A stretch of DNA of 64,000 nt from Phoronis australis (lineage: Eukaryota > Animalia > Phoronida). The notes under the pieces were generated by a model. It did not search any database. It was not told the origin of the DNA and was given only the letters and a program-made list of their open reading frames with translations. Below, piece after piece: positions 1 through 11,900 of the stretch (the stretch's first letter is position 1; each line of letters begins with the position of its first letter). The DNA is taken from assembly GCA_002633005.1 (NCBI GenBank), contig NMRA01000133.1:192380-256379 (forward strand), written 5' to 3'. Position numbers and translations under genes: made by a program.

Positions 1-22
1 GATTATAAATTTTGGTATTTTC

Positions 23-125
23 GAGGAGGCAGTGTGGCTTGGTTGATAAGTGCCCGCTTTCTTTACTCGAGGTCGTGGGTTCGTGTCTCACCATATCACA
101 CTGCTAAACCCTTGAGCCAGGTTTC
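23..125 (+). mobile_element. tRNA-derived SINE head remnant
   Basis: A-box-like TGGCTTGGTTG (about 35-45) and B-box-like GGTTCGTGTC (78-87) at tRNA spacing, followed by CCCTTGAGCCAGG, which resembles a SINE core. No intact cloverleaf. Confidence 0.55.
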
Positions 126-2232
126 TAGCTCCTCAGCTCGGTTTTAACCATATATTAATAAAGCATAAAAATATTTTCAGGTGATCAGTGCAATGGGCCC
201 ACATGCGAGGCCTGCGCACGTCTGGTACAACGTGTATCAGACCGCCTGCAATTATTTTTTATACTGGTATTTTCTGTTATTTGGCATTTAGTTTTTCAGG
301 AGATAATCTTTTGAAATATAATTTTCATATACACATAACATTTCAGGTTGCTGGTGATTTTTTTTTCAAAAACTGATGCCATTTTGAACAGTAAATTTAA
401 ATAATGAAACAAATTTTCAATTATTTCAGTGATCTTTGTATTCTCACTGTCTCGGGTATTTGGAAAAAATTAGATGGAAACTGTTCCAGTAATCTTCATT
501 GTGAACAGACCAGCTTTGGTCCCCTGTTCTCAACTGATAACAAACTATAACGGTTGATTCTAGGTTTTGCACATATTTATCAGTAATTCTAAGTTTATTT
601 GGCGACTTGTCTAAAAATAGGGAGACGCCATTTTGAAAAAAATAACATATCAAAAGTTTTAAGTTATTTGGAGATTTATTTCTTGAGATGTACTACATTT
701 TAAAAGATAACTACAAACATAAAGCAAATTTTCAGTGAGGAATATATTTTCACCCCAGCGAAACTGAACGTTTCTGTAATTTTTATACAGATTGAAGTTA
801 TATTTATAATCTCTTCTATTCCTAGCAGTTTCACTTCAAGAGATGTAGAATGCTGTGAAAGCAGACACTGGAATTTTTGCATGAATGCGAAGCAAACTCT
901 CCAAAACAGACGAGTTGCGATGGTAGCCTGGAAAGCGGCATCAAGTTGCGAGGAAATGCATTAAAATTCGAAGCCCTGTTGGATTACTCTTCTAGGTTCT
1001 CTGACGGCAACTTTCGCTGCCGTGGTTGAGTTTATAAAGTTTTTGACCAGAGCGGCAAATTTTCGGGAATCTGTGAAGAGACTATCAATTTCGTTACCTT
1101 GATCCTTAAAGTTAAAAGTTTTCAAAAACATTTCAGTTTCAAACGTTAAAAACACCTTCACGGCAGAAAACTGAACCTAATTTCGTAACCAAGTGATTTC
1201 TTTATAAATGGAAATGCTTGAAAATATGAAGAGTGTAATGTCGGAGTTCAACATACGGGGTAGAGTAATGGACTTAATTAGCTGTCTCGTGGCTACAAAA
1301 AATTACTCAAAATCAATTGTTCTCACAAAAAAATACACGGCAAATGTCACGCGTAAACTCACGAAGACTTGTTTATTTAGAGAGGTCCTACCGTTATTGA
1401 ACTCTATCCAGTTGTTTCAGATACTTGTGTAGCTTCCAAAGTATCTCATACTGTGCTCTTGTGCTTCTGTTTCACTGCATATTCGTGACGTCATGAAATA
1501 TGACGAACGTAAACCTCCCTGCTTTAATAGTAGACAGCTTGCAGCATTCATTTGGAATGGATAGATAACCTGTGTTCGAATTGAAGCGGTCAAAGTTTTG
1601 TAGCTGATGAGCCCCTGGTTTGATGTGCTTTTTGACTTGTAAATGTGCCGAATGCTTTCCATGACAGCCGACGCGAAAACAGTTTTAATAAAAATAAGGA
1701 ATATTTCGAGACTGGTATAGTTAAGTGGAGTCAAGTTTTGAAAAAGTGCTTAGATTTTTTTGTAGAAACTGTTTCGAAAACACAAGCAAGCATCTTAAAC
1801 TAAGCAATGCAACACAGCTGTCACCTTTACGGTCGGTACTACACCGCCTTTTGGACTTTCGAGAAGCCTACGATTTCCGATGGTCTTGTTGGTAACGGAA
1901 ACTGAATTCTGATCACGGTAACGAATATTATGACGCCGATTTTATGAGAGTTCAGGCTTTTGAATCCTATTTTCGTTTTTTAACCAGCCAAAGATGACGA
2001 AATGCAGGCTTTAAGTAAAACCAAGGTCAAAATCAATAAACAATGAGTGAAACTTAAAAAGGATATGATACTCAACCTCGTTTTGGTGATTTCAACCAAT
2101 CCTCGTTCTGCTACCTGCTAATGCATCATTGGCGACAATCTTACAAATTGAAGGCGGGAATCCACTAAAAATTCACACTCCCTGTCACAGATTGGACATT
2201 ATGGTCCTTCAGTGGGTGGTCTTTTCCCACAG

Positions 2233-2509
2233 CATGCGCGCACCCAGCCTAAAATATGGGGGGCTCGAATTTTTCGATATACGGACCTATTACTGAAACT
2301 GAAGAAATCAACGAGGACTAACAAAAAACGGGGCGATTATAGGTTCAAGCCCACGAACCGTGCATCCGCGCCGACTTCCCGTAGATTTTGTGGACTTTTG
2401 TCTCGTTTACTCGGATTTTATGGTTTCACTGAGGCGAACCTTTTTACCCAATTCGTCAAATTGGGGGGCTCATTCGAGCCTTCCGAGCCCCCCCTCNCCC
2501 CCCCCCCTG
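2233..2509. mobile_element. GC-rich-ended MITE-like element
   Basis: Inverted G/C-run ends: CATGCGCGCACCCAG...GGGGGGCTCGAA (2233-2269) versus TTCCGAGCCCCCC...CCCCCTG (2481-2509). No target-site duplication seen. Confidence 0.5.
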
Positions 2510-5500
2510 AACAGTTGTCGCGTAATTCGCTAAAAGACGGAGTTTCCAAATTTTCCTCCAGACTTCGCCGGAAAGTTATCGAGGGTTACAGAGCAGTACT
2601 TTGTTTCAGAGAACTGGATGGGAACGTCATTTTTAGTATCTGTTAATAAGCCAAAACCGGGTTGAGTGTCCTACTAACTAATGCTTTAGACGTTGACGGG
2701 TATTCAAATAAAAGTAAGGTAAAAAGCTATGAAAGGCTAAAATACAAGAAAATTCTAGTTTGTCAGCCATAAAAATAGATAATAGCCGCCTGCGCCAATA
2801 AGTGAATCTTAGGCTCATGTGCTCAAATGCATAACACTTGATAAAGCGAGTCTTTGAAAAACTACGTGAATTTATATAGGTACATGGGCCTGAATATGCG
2901 CACGTACGGTATCTAAGCTTTACGCACCAATGATATAACTACCTTGTCAATAGATGGCGGTACAGCAGAACTTCTCTGACCTCGCTCGATTTCCGACAAA
3001 CTTAGGTTTTGTGTTTGCAAAGTCGGCTTTTCGCTTGACAGCCATTTATTTAAAAAATCTAACACCTCCCCAGTCTGCTTTTCCTTATTTAAAGATGGTG
3101 GACCTGAGATTAGCGAATAAGACGGTTAAATTTCAAATGGAACGGATTTTTGTATGCAATATAGGCCGAATATTTAAAGGATCATCATCATCTTTGAAAC
3201 AATCCTAAAAACCTCGTGTCTTTGCATTCGGTAACATTAATCGGGGAACTTTAATAGAAGCATCCAGAACATTCGTGGTCGTAGGACCGCCTATTTTTGT
3301 TAAAGTTCATTTTGTAGATTAAAAATAAGTTTGATGAAAATTTCATCACTGAAAATTTTGTAAATTTTTCACTAAGCGTTGAAGTGTTGAAATCCTGCTT
3401 AATTTCAATTCCAAACAATTCAGAATCACTCAAAATGTCATAAAAACAAGGATTCGGCACCTTTAAACAAGAAATAAATATTTTCGCCTACGGCACATCT
3501 CATGCCCTGGAAAAGCGCCCCCATCCCGCCGTAACCTAACTTTAAACAACACGGAAGTCATTTTTGAACAAAATTTCAACATACTGCCGGGGGTGTAAAA
3601 CTTAGAAAAAGGAAACTACAAAACCTACGTCGCTGCATCATTTTTAATCGAAAAAACTTCATGCCAGAACCAACTAATCAATCTTGGCCTGAAGCTGGCC
3701 TATTAATGGAATTGACCTGTAAACTAATGACACAATGTGCTTACTCTACACGAGTGAATAGTAAATGAAAATTATCATCCTAAAGTTGCCTCCTTCATGA
3801 CTGTCGAATGTGGAGTTTGTACAACACTGCATCACGCCTTTCATTTATGTTATGCGCATGCGTGAAGTGCTGCATGCGTAACAAGAAAAGCAACTGATAT
3901 TTTGATGTCATGTTTTATATTGTTTAGTCCATCTTCACATCTACGTTTTTGCTTTCTGTTGTGTTAATTTAGATATTACACAAAATTTTGTAACAAAATA
4001 AGACTAATTACTTAGTCCTTCCAATTAAAAAATATTGTCCAAAAGCAACCAAAACGGACGCAGTAGTTTTTGTTGCGAACAGTAGGTCCCTTACAGAACA
4101 AAAATTTTACTTATAATTAATTGACTTACATTAAAATAATGTTTTATTTCGCTGGTTGTTAACTTTGTCAAATAGATCGTAAGTATTTTTCAGTGTGGTG
4201 TGCACGCCACCTGTTCGTCACATCACATTACCTAGATTTACATATTCGTATTCAAGATGTAAATATTTGAGCCAAATATTTGTTAACGGAACAAAAGTAT
4301 ATAATATTATATAAGATAAATCACTTACATTTGGGATAATATACTTATTGGATACAACTGCTATAGATTTTTAACCTATTAACGTATTAGCATATTTTGA
4401 GAATTTTGTAGACTACGCCATTTGTCGACCTAATGCACTTTCGTGGTAGAAAAACAATAAAACTGTAGGAAAAATTATACAACAGAGTTGCGCTTTAAAA
4501 CAGATTATTTTCTATCATTTTCACAAGTTTCTCATCTGACCCCCCCTATTGGCAGTAATCGATAGTCACCGGAACTTAGCGTGTTATTGTATCGAGAATA
4601 TTGGGAATAATCGCTCAAAATTTCACTTAATGCAAAAGTATATAAATGATTACACCAAAAGCAAGTCACGTGATGGTTGCTATTCAAGTAAAATTTATCA
4701 TGCACAACAACAGTTCCCATTGCTCCAAATGAACGAGCTTGAATGGATTTATTCACCATCGTATGATTATTTCATAACGTGGTTATCACAAATAACGAGA
4801 ATGTAACGAGGTTTGTCATAAATTCAGGTCAGCACATGACTGTCGGGTAACACTTAAAAAAGTCGAAATAGAGAGCTAAAAATTCAGCGCAGAGCATAAT
4901 TTCAGACTGACTTAAACACATTGGACGATAGGGGGCGAAACAATCTTTATCAAAGCCATTTTAATACGATTCAGAAACAAATCCCTTCCGAGTATCATTC
5001 TGAAAAAATCCTCATTTATATCATTAACTATTTTAGGAAAACAACAACTTAACTAAGTTATAAATGATTTTTTTAATTTAAAACTTTGTTTGAGTTATAA
5101 CGGCAGTTATTCAAGCTACGAAGCTCGACAACAACGTTTACGTGAACAGATCAAGACCGCCATACGTTTTGTCGAAGACTGAATCATTTCGCTGCCTTTT
5201 ATTTCCTCACAAAAACTCCTCGTTGTATGAAATTATGATATTCAAATTTGCTTGAATGTAAACCAATTACCACTTTTTATTACCGAGTTGCAAATGAAAA
5301 CAACAACAAAAAACGGCTTAGATGCAAACTATAATTTCGAACGCGGAGTACCTTCAAGTGACAAACGTAAGGAAACATACCAAGATAGGTATTTCTTAAG
5401 ACAAAATTAGTGTCATAGACATTTTGATTTTTGACAGTAAGTATACCAGATATTCAGACTGTCTTCTTAATCAGCTCTGCTTGTGGTGCCCAGCACCCGG

Positions 5501-6107
5501 TTCCCAGTAAAGCGTCCGCAGTCAGTGTGCCCATCTATTGTGTAATGTGTGTTCACTTGGAAGGTGTAAAACGCGTCTATTGTATACGGATAAGAGTCAA
5601 CTGTTTGTTTTAGTCACGTAGACAATGGAAGGGGGCGAGGTTTACCTATTGATTATTAACGTGCACAAACATTTAAATTCCAGACAAGAATGTCACTCAA
5701 GTTTTGCAAGGGTGGACAAAGGAAACCCTATAACTGACCACCACGGTATACCGCGTTTTGACTCCGGGTTTTGTCCAGCGAAAAATACCAGGACACAGGA
5801 TAGCAGTTGCCTATTGTAGTACATAAAAATAGGCTACAACATTTCGTTAAAATGAAGTTGAAAAGTTACCATATGGTGTCATTTTATTACACCGAGTGCT
5901 TGTTTTTTAATCGAAAATATTATTTCTAAAAATATTTTTTCTATACAAATTTGCAAATTGCACCCTTGTTCAAAATTCATGAATTTTATACTGATCGTAT
6001 TTCTTCGCTTAAGGCCGCATAATTTACTGGATATGTAATTTCCGACACTGTTTGCTCTTTACTACCACTGAATTTAAAAATCCCAATGTTTGCGTTGGGT
6101 AAACTTT

Positions 6108-6356
6108 ATGGCGGCCATTAACATGACGTCACGGGCACCTACCTGCAAATCGAAAGGAAATTATCAATACCACAGTTAAAATTACAATATATCAAGAACA
6201 GTGAGATAATTTTACTTATGTGCAGAATCTTCATAATTACTATGAATTTTGAATAAATTGACTTGTTCATAAAAAAATTCGTGTATAATTAAAAACTGTA
6301 ACTTCAACGAGAGGAATCAACCAGTTCACCGACCTTTCGATTCTCGCTAGGTAAGT
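6108..6356 (+). promoter_or_regulatory. Candidate ds promoter/5' UTR zone (YY1-like ATGGCGG, CRE TGACGTCA, strong donor GTAAGT)
   Basis: ATGGCGGCC at 6108, TGACGTCA at 6124-6131, AG|GTAAGT at 6349-6356, CpG-retaining sequence to about 6800. These motifs also occur in MITE ends, so confidence is low. Confidence 0.3.
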
Positions 6357-7126
6357 CGCCGAACCAAATCTGAACGCTTGTGCTTGGAGATTAGGTGAGG
6401 ACAGTCCGTCGTCCACGTTCGTTAAGATTCTTCTGCTTTTGAAGACGGATTTAATCCAAGATCAGAGTCTACATTGATCACATGCGAACTGGAGATGCGG
6501 CTGTTTTAAGGTGGTGTAAAATTAGTTTGAAGTCAAGTCAGTAAATGATTGTTTACAGTGGAAATTTGTGACTCCGTTTCCCTTGCTCAGTTGTTGAGCA
6601 AATGCCGGATTGAAACGAACATCGCTAGGTATTGTGTCAATACGTTGGGATTAGATTAGAAACTTGTACTATTTATGAAATGACCACCGTCAACGAATGG
6701 CGTAATGTAGTGAATGTTTGTAGAAAATGTGTATTCGACTGTGTAAGATGCAAATGTTTTGTTTGTTCAAACATGGTTATAACTATAAAGTACCTAGGCT
6801 ACTCCGTTGTGGTAGTTGAAACCATTAGGAAATTATGAGGTAGGCCTAAATTATTTCAGTCCTTTCTGTGTTTCACCTGTCAAGAATTTCTTTACTAGTA
6901 TTTCATATTTTCAACATTTTTCAACATTACATTTCCTTTCTGATGTACCTGAATATTTTATTATTATTATTATGTTTTATACTATTTATCTGATTTTGTA
7001 ATGAATTTTTAAATATTTTTACAGGTAAACTACTGAAGCCTCCTTTTGGCACAGTGTTTTTACACTGAAGAGGAGTACAAATTCCACTTGAGAAAATGGA
7101 GTAACTGTGAACAGCACATTTTGAAT

Positions 7127-8998
7127 ATGGTTGCAACGGGGGCAAGTCCTGTTTCTGGGCTCTGCCTCAAAAACGGAACAATTAACAAGCGCAGAGGGAC
7201 AATAGTGGGCTTTGAACACAAATATTGTCGAAGAAGGACTAGATTATTACAGCTAAATGGCTACCCGCCTTGGACTTTAGTAGTTGCTGTCTTGTTGTTT
7301 TGTGTCTATCCGTGCCACGGACAAACTACTAAGACAATAGCAATAGATGAAGGAATTACGGGCCCTGTAAAAATAGGAAGTCTGGAGAACTCACCCGGAA
7401 GGGTCGTAAAAATCAGTGAGGACACTGCATTCGCTTCGGATTTCAGTCTCAACGAAGAAACGGGCGACATTTCAGTTAAAAGCAATGTAGTTATTGACCG
7501 TGAAAGAACATCAGAATACAAAGTAACGGCGTATTCTAGTGAAACCTTCGTTGTTACTACCGTTACAATCACAGTCAATGATATTAATGACAATAGTCCT
7601 TATTTTAGTCAGCCGTACATTGAAAAGACCTTACCAGAAGATGCACCGGACGATACTATTATTTCATTGGGAACTGCGACGGATAACGACGCCGGAAATA
7701 ATGGTGTCCAGAAGTTTGAGATCTTCTCTGGTAATGTCGGGGGTATCTGGCGCCTTCATTCCAAAGCAACTGGCGGTCGTTTATACGCGGAGTTGAAACT
7801 GAACAACCAGCTAGATTATGAGGATCCGTCACTCCGCCATTTTCATTTAGTAATTCGGGCATTTGATGGTGGTAACCCACAACGTTTTGGCGATTTGATT
7901 GTCAACATAACTGTGTTGGACCAGAATGACAACACTCCCCTATTTTCTCATAGTCTTTATTCTGCGGAGGTATATGACAATGCCACCGTTGGACAGAGTA
8001 TTATGCAGGTATCGGCTACAGATCAAGATGAGGGAGAAAATGCTCGAATAATTTATTCTATAGAGCCGAATCTTAATGACAATGCTGCCGATAAATTCTC
8101 CATCGATTCTAGAGGCGTAATCACAGTGAACAGTGTCCTGGAGTACGATCCTGCCAAACCCACTATTCAGTTAACAGTGAAGGCTGCAAACCCTGCTAGT
8201 CGGGGAGAACAGTCGAGTTCATGTGTTGTACGCATTACTCTACTTCACGTGACCAACCGTCGAAAGCCTAATATTCATTTACTATGGTTAACTGAAGGAG
8301 GAGCTCCGAAGGTACCAGAGACTGCTCAGCCTGGAGAGTACGTGGCTCGTGTGTCCGTCAGCGACCCGGATGCCAATCAGGATTTGTCTCTTTCCATCGT
8401 GAACGTTACACTTAGTGGTGGAGACGGCCATTTTGGATTGACCAAATCTGGTGATTACATCTATATTATTGTTGTGAAAGTACCACCAGATCGTGAGACG
8501 CAGCCAGTTTTCACGCTGACGATAACGGCCACCGATTCTGGAACTCCTCCATTGATTGCGACCCAAGTAGTCAACATTGAGGTCGGCGATACCAACGACA
8601 ATGCTCCTGTATTCTCACAACCCCTCTACAGAGGTTTCATCCAGGAGATCGTGTCACCTGGGGCGTCGGTCTTACAGGTAACAGCAACTGACAGAGATGC
8701 GGGAAACAACTCGTTAATCTCGTACTCCATAGTCCCAACCCCGATTACCTATTCCCATTGGTTTCAAATTGACGAGCACACCGGGCTAATCACCACTGCA
8801 GCAAAGATTGACTGCGAGACCGCTTCGCAGCCGCAACTTATCGTAAAGGCCACGGATAATGGCCGACCACCTCTCTCTGCAACTGCTTCGGTTCTTGTGG
8901 ATATAAGAGATGTCAATGATAACCAACCCGTGTTTGATCAAAGTTTCTACAACATCTCTGTGCCAGAGAACAAGCCGATCAACTCTTGCTTTCTGAGG
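7127..8998 (+). CDS. ds: ds coding exon 1: signal peptide, EC1-EC5 and start of EC6 (exon probably begins at 7025)
   Basis: First in-frame ATG is at 7127 (the ORF-track start at 7046 is TTG). Upstream acceptor tttttacag ends at 7024. Hydrophobic segment WTLVVAVLLFCVYPCHG. Donor AGG|gtaagc at 8999, phase 0. Confidence 0.9.
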
Positions 8999-11900
8999 GT
9001 AAGCAATTTAGTCTTAGTTAGATATTTTGCAAGCTGAATGAAACAATCGTCAGGTGCATGGCATGTATGTGATGGTATGGTGTGTTTAGTGTGCTTAACA
9101 GTTTCTGGTGCCAAGAAAACTTGACTCAATTATATGTGTTAATACTGTCTGTATGGCCCCACTAGACTACATTGCCTGTAATTATGCAATTTCGGTATCA
9201 AGTTGTCTACCCAGTGATTGTTAGGTCAATAATTTATCAACTGAAACATTTTTATTCATCTGCTCTAGTCAGTAGTGCAAACTACCCTAGTATTTTTCAC
9301 GTCAGTAAGTTTTTATGTGATTTACTGATAGGAAATGAAAGGAATTGACACCTAGTTATTGAGAAGTTTGTGTAATATATAGATAAAACATGGTTGCCGA
9401 TTTCAAAACTGAATAGTTATAAAAGGGAAATTTTGTTGAAGATTGATAATTGCTTGTTGTCTACAGATGAGAACTTTGACAGATTTGGGATGTCTATAGG
9501 AAGTAGCCTATTTGTATTATCATTATGGAGTGTTTTCAGTCCTCAATGAGCTAGTGGCCTGCTTCATTGGTCAGTTGCTGGACACTTAAGTGGCTGCTCA
9601 GTGGGTGACTCCAGCCTCTGTTTTGCTTCTAGTCTCACACCATGGTAGACAGTTCCACAGATCTTTGAATTAATTATAGCATGGTAACATCAAATAAATA
9701 TGAGATTTTTTTGTGTTCTTTATAATAATTTTTGTCTGCAACAACCTACAGAGTGGTTGCATTTTTTTCACAATTTTTGATACAAATTATTTGTGATTTT
9801 GACTCGGCTTTAAAACCATTTTACCACCTGATGCTATGGTGTTCTGCTGAGGAGGTTTCCATGAAATAATGATCAAAATTTTATTTCTTTTAAATAAAAT
9901 GGTCAAAAGGAATATGGGGCTACCAACTCACAAGTAGTAAAATATTTCTTGTAAATAAAAGGTATCTTGAATGGAATTTATAGGCCTACTTTGACTGCAA
10001 CATTAAAATTTTAATATCCTGCATGACTGGGTTACCTTGTTGGCCCCAGGGGTATTCCTCAACAGATTGCTGTTCACTGAAGGGAATAGAATGGTCCCAT
10101 TCAGTTGGTCATTTGAACTGCTTTGTCAACTTGCCTTATCTGATGGTCACTCTATGGTCATGTGTGGTGTCCAGTGTTCTGGTGAAAAAATCATTTTGTT
10201 GATCTATAACATTGAGACCTGTAATCAAGGGATTTTAACAACAGTCTTGATTTGTTTTGATGGAGTTGTCTAAACATTTAATGTGCAATTAACCAGATCG
10301 CATTTGTGAAGTCCCAAATTTGTGAAATGATACCAGCCTATTTTATTCCTTAACTCATAGATATATGCTGTAGCATTGGGGGCAACAAGGAGAATGGAAA
10401 TGGGTTTCACGTGAGAAAGTTGGTTGAATGTCAAATGATTGACAAAAAATTGCACCAATGGTTACTAGGCCAAATGTTGGTCAATAATTTACTTTCAAGT
10501 TTGTTGTACTTAACTAATCAATATTCACAGATACTATATAGAATACTCTTCATGATCACTTTCGATTTATATTTATAGATCGTTGTATATTGAATACTAC
10601 TACTGATAATTTGTAAAGTCTAGATCTGAGGCGTTCAACCTCAGACCAGTCTTTCCATGTTTATTTTTTGGTCAATAAATGTATTAAAAATTTTTTTAAT
10701 GCTTTATCTAATACGAAATTATTTGATGATTTTTGGAGATTTATTATTGCCTAAAAGTAGGTATAATTCTGGCAGCCAAGTAGCGCGAGATAATTACAGG
10801 GTAGTCAAATAACAGTCAGCATCGTTCTTCATCATTGAGAAAGATTATTAATCTGCCCCTTTGCTGTGTTAATGGATTCAAATGTTTTTAAAAAATAATG
10901 AAGTTCAATTTTTTGTTGGAAAATTTGATTCTGTTTCAAAACCTTACAGGGATATTTCAAGTAATTATTCTACTACTTTGAATTTTACTTTTTGTCTGCT
11001 TAAACATTGGCTTGAAGGTGCCCCGGTGGTATTTAAACATTTTCTCACCAATTGTCGCTGTCAATCGTGATTTAGTAACAAATGGTAAGTGACTGCTGAA
11101 GTTCCAAACTCGGATTGAAAAATGTACCATTGTTACCTTGATTTCGACCTTCAAGTGGTACGGTATTGTTTTTATGACAAAGGAAAACTGAAATAGATCG
11201 TTTCTTTTTTGTCCTCGTTAACTCCGTTCGGTTTGCGTTATCTGAAAAATTTTGTGTTCCGAGTCTTTGGAGATAGTAATAATGCCACTTCACACATTGG
11301 TGTCATAAGTTTTAAAGATATGAATATATTTTGAAAAGATAATGAATTATTTTAATAGTTTTAATGTCCTTGTTCTTATCTTCACTTCAATCTGATGGAG
11401 GCATTCAAACTTGTTGTTTCTGTGTGGCACAAGGACCATTGAGTGAACTCTCTCAACCTTTTCCCCTTTACTGAAGAAAACCTATGTCAGTTCCACTGGT
11501 CTGTGAACTAGCTTTGAATGTCTGTTAGCAGTTCTTTCATCTCTCACAAATGGCCAAATAAAAGCTGGGTTTTGAATCAACAGTTATGAATTCTCACCAA
11601 GTTTCTGTGTGGTTTAACTCCATACCAGTTGTATTGCGGACAAAGGCCCCCTGCACTATGCAAATATATTTCACCAAGATTCTTTGAGTCTTCTACTAAA
11701 GCCATACAACCCGCTTTTGTGTTGCTTTTTCAAATTGTTCCCAATGAACACAAGTGGAATTCTGTGTACTGGCCCTACTTGTGTAGCAGGAGTGAACTTT
11801 GACAGAAATCTGTCAAGTTTGTCTGACTCATAATTTGACCCCAAACATAAAGTTTATGTGCCTTGGAAATAAAGCATTTTTATTTATGTTTAACATATTG

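Noticed and set aside
23-125. Functional tRNA gene (also 53350-53425)
   Set aside because: The A and B boxes are degenerate and the acceptor/anticodon stems do not pair; treated as SINE-like remnants.
2212-2646. 144-aa ORF upstream of ds
   Set aside because: It starts at a non-ATG codon, runs through a MITE-like element with an N in a C-run, and has no protein family signal.
3456-3466. TTAA-AGGTGC transposon-like terminus (also at about 60603)
   Set aside because: Only single ends were seen and I could not find a matching partner terminus nearby, so no element boundaries can be called.
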